DNA from: Calditrichaceae bacterium
GTDB taxonomy: Bacteria > Calditrichota > Calditrichia > Calditrichales > JBFXGD01
Direction of reading: 5' to 3'
Assembly: GCA_050178385.1 (NCBI GenBank)
Contig: JBFXGD010000121.1
Coordinates: 1-10,654 of the forward strand
Length of the DNA: 10,654 nt
Shown here: one piece after another, positions 7,008 to 10,654 of the stretch
How positions within the stretch are numbered: the stretch's first letter is position 1
Layout of the letters: every line of letters begins with the position of its first letter
Program-made: the position numbers and the translations under genes
Notes under the pieces: generated by a model
Database searches by the model: none
What the model saw: only the letters and a program-made list of their open reading frames with translations
Told to the model about the DNA's origin: nothing

Positions 7008-8390
7008 ATGATTATAATGAAATTTGGAGGCGCCTCCCTGGATGGCGCCGAATCCGTAAAGAATGTGGTGGAAATTATCAGCACAAGGCTTGACCTGCAG
7101 CCGGTAGTCGTTGTATCGGCAATGGGGAAAACAACGAGCCGGCTGCTGCAGGCGGCAAAACTCGCGGAAGCGCAGGATGTCGTAAAATCAAATAGTCTGT
7201 TAAGCGATCTTCGCGACGAACATCTGAAAGTTTATGATGTTTTTAATGCGGGAGACGCGGACTCTTATTTTCTTGAAAAAATAAATAATTATTTTTCTGA
7301 ATTAAAAATTGTTCTGGAGATGATCGCTTCACGGAAGGAATTAAGCCCTTTTTTACAGGACAAAGTTTTAGCCTATGGTGAATTGATCTCATCAGCGATT
7401 CTCACAACCGCTTTGATATCCAGGCAAATTAGGGCGAAACTTCTTGATGCCCGTATCTGTTTGATCACCGATGAGCATTTTACGCACGCGCACCCCAAAG
7501 AGGATGAAAGTCAGATTAAAATACGCGGATATATACTCCCGGTTTTAAAGGACGGAATGATCCCGGTAATACAGGGATACATTGGTTCAACGCAAACGGG
7601 TGAGACCACAACGCTCGGATTTGAAGGATCTGACTATTCGGCGGTGTTGATTGGGGCGGCGCTCGAAGCAAAAGATATCCAGATCTGGAAAGATGTACCG
7701 GGTGTTATGACCGCGGATCCCGACTTAATAGACAAGCCCGTCACAATCAAAAAGATGACTTATGAAGAAGCGGCGGAATTGTCTCTCTATGGGGCAAAAA
7801 TACTGCATCCGAACACGATTCAGCCCGCGAGATCAAAAAACATCACAATTCATATTTACAGCGTAAGGGCACCAGAAGCAGCTGGAACTGTCATCGGGGA
7901 CAGGACCGATCATGCCAAACCTGTAATAAAATCAATAACCTGCCGTGATAAATTGTTGATGTTAAATATTCAGTCGGGTGAGAAATCAAGTGAGTTTGAC
8001 TTTCTGTACAGATTGTTTGACATCGTGCGGCAGGCCGAGGTTGTGCCATATATTATTCTGGGATCGGGCAAACAAATCAGTTTGGTTGCGGATGATAGCA
8101 AAAAGAGTGAAGCAATGATCAGCCTTTTCGGAAGTTTTTCCAAACTGAGCATCGAGAAAAACAAGGCAACCATTTCTTTGATTGGCACAAATGTCAGCCG
8201 GAACAGCAAACTGTTGACGGAAGTCCGGGAATATATTAATGGTGAAGGCATCGAGCTTACGGTATCAAATGTATCGCCGCATAGTTTTACCTTCATGGTG
8301 GATTCTTCGCGGCTTCAGACAATAATTCGTAAATTACACGATTTTATTTTCAGAGAAATAAACCAGGAAATATTTGAGGCGACAAAATGA
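7008..8390 (+). CDS. lysC: Aspartate kinase (AKIII/LysC-like, two ACT-like domains), with atypical motifs
   Basis: Motifs MKFGGAS, VVVVSAMGKTT, YGELISS, TTTLGFEGSDYSA, IWKDVPGVMTADP and EAAELSLYGAKILHP. 460 aa with a C-terminal ACT-type region, lying between asd and dapB. Confidence 0.92.
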   Translation: MIIMKFGGASLDGAESVKNVVEIISTRLDLQPVVVVSAMGKTTSRLLQAAKLAEAQDVVKSNSLLSDLRDEHLKVYDVFNAGDADSYFLEKINNYFSELKIVLEMIASRKELSPFLQDKVLAYGELISSAILTTALISRQIRAKLLDARICLITDEHFTHAHPKEDESQIKIRGYILPVLKDGMIPVIQGYIGSTQTGETTTLGFEGSDYSAVLIGAALEAKDIQIWKDVPGVMTADPDLIDKPVTIKKMTYEEAAELSLYGAKILHPNTIQPARSKNITIHIYSVRAPEAAGTVIGDRTDHAKPVIKSITCRDKLLMLNIQSGEKSSEFDFLYRLFDIVRQAEVVPYIILGSGKQISLVADDSKKSEAMISLFGSFSKLSIEKNKATISLIGTNVSRNSKLLTEVREYINGEGIELTVSNVSPHSFTFMVDSSRLQTIIRKLHDFIFREINQEIFEATK

Positions 8391-9106
8391 ATCAAAATTT
8401 GAATATCGCGCTGCTGGGATATGGAAAAATGGGAAAGATGATCGAAGCTCTGGCGGAAGAACAGCATCTGGTAATTGATGCCGTCTTTGATGAATACAAC
8501 CCGCTTAAAAATGATGAGAAGACCAGGAAAATGCTTAAAAAAACTGATGTATTGATTGATTTCTCGGTACCGTCGGCTGTGATTGAGAATGTGAAGCTGG
8601 CGGCTGATATGAAAAAAAATCTTGTTATCGGGACAACCGGATGGTATGACCAGGAGAATGTTGTCAGAGATATGGTTATATCCGGTGGAATCGGAGTCAT
8701 TTACGGATCAAATTTTTCACTGGGCGTCAATTTGTTTTTTAGAGTAAGCGAGTATGCCGCGCGTCTTTTTTCCGCTTTTCAAAGCTATGATCCATATATT
8801 GAGGAAGCGCATCATAAAATGAAAAAAGACGCGCCGTCGGGCACAGCGCTGGTAATAAAAAAGCTGATCAGCGGCAACTATCCGGATAAAGAAATTCCTG
8901 TGAGCAGCGTCAGGAGCGGATATATCCCGGGGACGCATTCGGTTAGTTTTGATTCAGCGGTTGATTCTGTTCGTCTGGAGCACACTGCGCGCAGCCGTGT
9001 CGGCTTTGCCGAGGGAGCGATTCTCGCGGCTAAATGGCTAAAGGATAAAACCGGATTCTATGAATTTCCTGATGTCGTTGATTCGATTCTAGGCTCTGAT
9101 AAGTAA
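8387..9106 (+). CDS. dapB: 4-hydroxy-tetrahydrodipicolinate reductase
   Basis: Motifs GYGKMG, VLIDFS, VIGTTG, SNFSLGVN, EAHHKMKKDAPSGTA and HTARSRVGFAEGA. ATGA overlap with the lysC stop, and GAGG upstream. Confidence 0.97.
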   Translation: MNQNLNIALLGYGKMGKMIEALAEEQHLVIDAVFDEYNPLKNDEKTRKMLKKTDVLIDFSVPSAVIENVKLAADMKKNLVIGTTGWYDQENVVRDMVISGGIGVIYGSNFSLGVNLFFRVSEYAARLFSAFQSYDPYIEEAHHKMKKDAPSGTALVIKKLISGNYPDKEIPVSSVRSGYIPGTHSVSFDSAVDSVRLEHTARSRVGFAEGAILAAKWLKDKTGFYEFPDVVDSILGSDK

Positions 9107-9186
9107 GTCCCGGATATCAGCGATTCTTTTATAAAATATGACTAAACAAAGTAACCATAAGGCGCGTTTTAAGCAGGGAGAAAGAT

Positions 9187-10077
9187 ATGAAACAACTTAA
9201 AGATCTTAAGGGATGTGGTACGGCACTGGTCACACCTTTTATGCGTGATGGTCAGATTGATTTTAATGCATTGCGGAAACTGGTTGATTATCAGATTGAC
9301 GGCAGTATTGATTTTCTGGTCCCCTGCGGTACAACCGGCGAAAGCGCCACTTTTACGCTGGAAGAACATCTGCAGGTAGTTGATGCGGTTGTAAAACAAG
9401 CAGCCGGAAGAGTCCCGGTGATCGCCGGAGCCGGCGGGAACGATACGGCAAAAGTCATCGAAATGGCAAAAAAAGTTTCCGATTTGGGTGTTGACGGCCT
9501 GCTTTCGGTGACTCCTTATTATAATAAACCCACACAGGAAGGATTGTATCAGCATTATAAAGCGATCTCATCAGCCGTAAGCAGTCCAATTATTGTATAT
9601 AATGTGCCGGGAAGAACCTCCACGAATATTCTGCCGGATACCGTGGTCAGATTAAGCGCGATAGATAATATTGTCGGTATAAAAGAAGCATCGGGTAATA
9701 TCGGCCAGATCGCTGAACTCGCTGCAAAAATTCCGGATGATTTTAAGATACTATCAGGTGATGACGCGACAACTATTCCGATTATCTCTCTTGGCGGTGT
9801 GGGTCTTATCTCTGTCGTTTCCAATCAGGTGCCGGGAAAAATGTCAAAAATGACACATCTCTGTCTCGAAGGTAAGTATTCAGAGGCGCGAAAAATTCAA
9901 AGAGAATTGTTTAATCTGATGACGCTCAATTTTATTGAAACAAATCCGACACCGGTAAAAGCAGGACTCGCAATGATGGGAATGATGGAAGAGATATACC
10001 GTCTTCCGCTTGTAAAGATGAAGGATTCCAACAAAAAATTACTTGAGAATGAATTAAGAAATTTAAAATTAATCTAA
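9187..10077 (+). CDS. dapA: 4-hydroxy-tetrahydrodipicolinate synthase
   Basis: Motifs ALVTPF, GTTGES, TPYYNKP, YNVPGRT, GIKEASG (Schiff-base Lys), LSGDD and ETNPTPVK. SD GGGAG upstream. Confidence 0.98.
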   Translation: MKQLKDLKGCGTALVTPFMRDGQIDFNALRKLVDYQIDGSIDFLVPCGTTGESATFTLEEHLQVVDAVVKQAAGRVPVIAGAGGNDTAKVIEMAKKVSDLGVDGLLSVTPYYNKPTQEGLYQHYKAISSAVSSPIIVYNVPGRTSTNILPDTVVRLSAIDNIVGIKEASGNIGQIAELAAKIPDDFKILSGDDATTIPIISLGGVGLISVVSNQVPGKMSKMTHLCLEGKYSEARKIQRELFNLMTLNFIETNPTPVKAGLAMMGMMEEIYRLPLVKMKDSNKKLLENELRNLKLI

Positions 10078-10090
10078 GCGGCGGTAAAAA

Positions 10091-10654
10091 ATGAATTTAA
10101 GGGATCGTATAGAAAAATTGTATGGCCTGCCGGTTCAGGAAGATTACGGGGAAGACTATTTCAGCGCGTTCACAGAATTTAAGGAGGCGCTCAATAAAGG
10201 TGAAATTCGTATAGCGGAAAAAAAGGCCGGCAAATGGATTGTAAATGATTGGGTGAAAAAAGGAATTTTACTCGGATTCCGTATCGGTAAATTGCAGGAT
10301 ACATCCATTGATGACCGGTTTGTATATTACGATAAAAGCACTTACCCTCTAAAAAAGATAACAATAACAGACGGTGTGCGTTTGGTTCCGGGCGGGTCAT
10401 CAATCCGGGATGGCTGCTATGTAAGTCCGGGAGTTGTATGTATGCCTCCAATGTATGTTAATGTGGGCGCATATGTAGGATCGGAGACCATGATCGATTC
10501 ACACGCGCTGGTGGGATCATGCGCCCAGATCGGCGAACGGGTTCATTTGAGCGCGGGTACCCAAATTGGCGGTGTTCTGGAGCCAATCGGCGCTCTCCCC
10601 GTCATCATTGAAGACGATGTACTGGTGGGAGGCAACTGTGGAATCTATGAGGGC
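10091..10654 (+). CDS. dapD: 2,3,4,5-tetrahydropyridine-2,6-dicarboxylate N-succinyltransferase (3'-truncated; absent from the ORF track)
   Basis: Manual translation from ATG 10091 is open to the window end (188 codons): [11 protein letters not shown]...[11 protein letters not shown]...[16 protein letters not shown]...[13 protein letters not shown]...[12 protein letters not shown]...[48 protein letters not shown]. These are DapD signatures with hexapeptide repeats. Confidence 0.97.
   Translation, partial: MNLRDRIEKLYGLPVQEDYGEDYFSAFTEFKEALNKGEIRIAEKKAGKWIVNDWVKKGILLGFRIGKLQDTSIDDRFVYYDKSTYPLKKITITDGVRLVPGGSSIRDGCYVSPGVVCMPPMYVNVGAYVGSETMIDSHALVGSCAQIGERVHLSAGTQIGGVLEPIGALPVIIEDDVLVGGNCGIYEG

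Noticed and set aside
7000..7018. Perfect TTGACA (7000-7005) and TATAAT (7013-7018) at the lysC start
   Set aside because: The spacer is only 7 nt (16-18 needed) and the -10 lies inside the CDS, so this is not a workable sigma70 promoter.
7026..7037. 12-bp palindrome GGAGGCGCCTCC near the lysC start
   Set aside because: It coincides with the GGAS codons of the kinase motif and occurs once, with no evidence for an operator role.
10178..10195. Peptide FKEALN shared by the DnaJ C-terminus and the DapD N-terminus
   Set aside because: The codons differ and the match is six residues in unrelated helices, so it is coincidence.
39..10451. Short alternative-frame or antisense ORFs in the track (e.g. 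39-263, 813-1004, 2055-2402, 2669-3004, 3910-4113, 4871-5065, 7970-8296, 9169-9555, 10191-10451)
   Set aside because: All overlap well-supported genes and lack recognisable motifs, so they are treated as shadow ORFs.
1..10654. Mobile elements, CRISPR arrays, tRNA/rRNA, defence or toxin-antitoxin genes
   Set aside because: No transposase or integrase motifs, terminal repeats, spaced direct repeats or cloverleaf structures were seen. All intergenic gaps are 150 nt or shorter.

Overview
Gene-dense housekeeping region of a Gram-negative bacterium. An FCB-group lineage such as Calditrichota/KSB1/Ignavibacteria is my inference, not a tested assignment. Gene order: 5'-truncated grpE, dnaJ (no dnaK between them), an intrinsic terminator, comEA, a motif-divergent DUF1611/DgcN-like gene, a convergent DJ-1/YajL gene, an lpxH-like gene divergent from DJ-1, then a diaminopimelate/lysine operon (M20 hydrolase probably acting as DapE, archaeal/fungal-type asd, lysC, dapB, dapA, and 3'-truncated dapD, which the ORF track misses). 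I saw no mobile elements, CRISPR arrays or RNA genes, and I cannot support a wholly new multi-gene system. The best leads are at residue level: an aspartokinase with Phe in place of the conserved aspartate-binding Arg and a degenerate ACT lysine site, a DapA with Lys at the allosteric E84 position, a MKKLTI mini-ORF bridging asd and lysC, a non-canonical DapE candidate, and a DUF1611 protein with most family motifs altered. Motif comparisons are from memory of the families and need checking by alignment.
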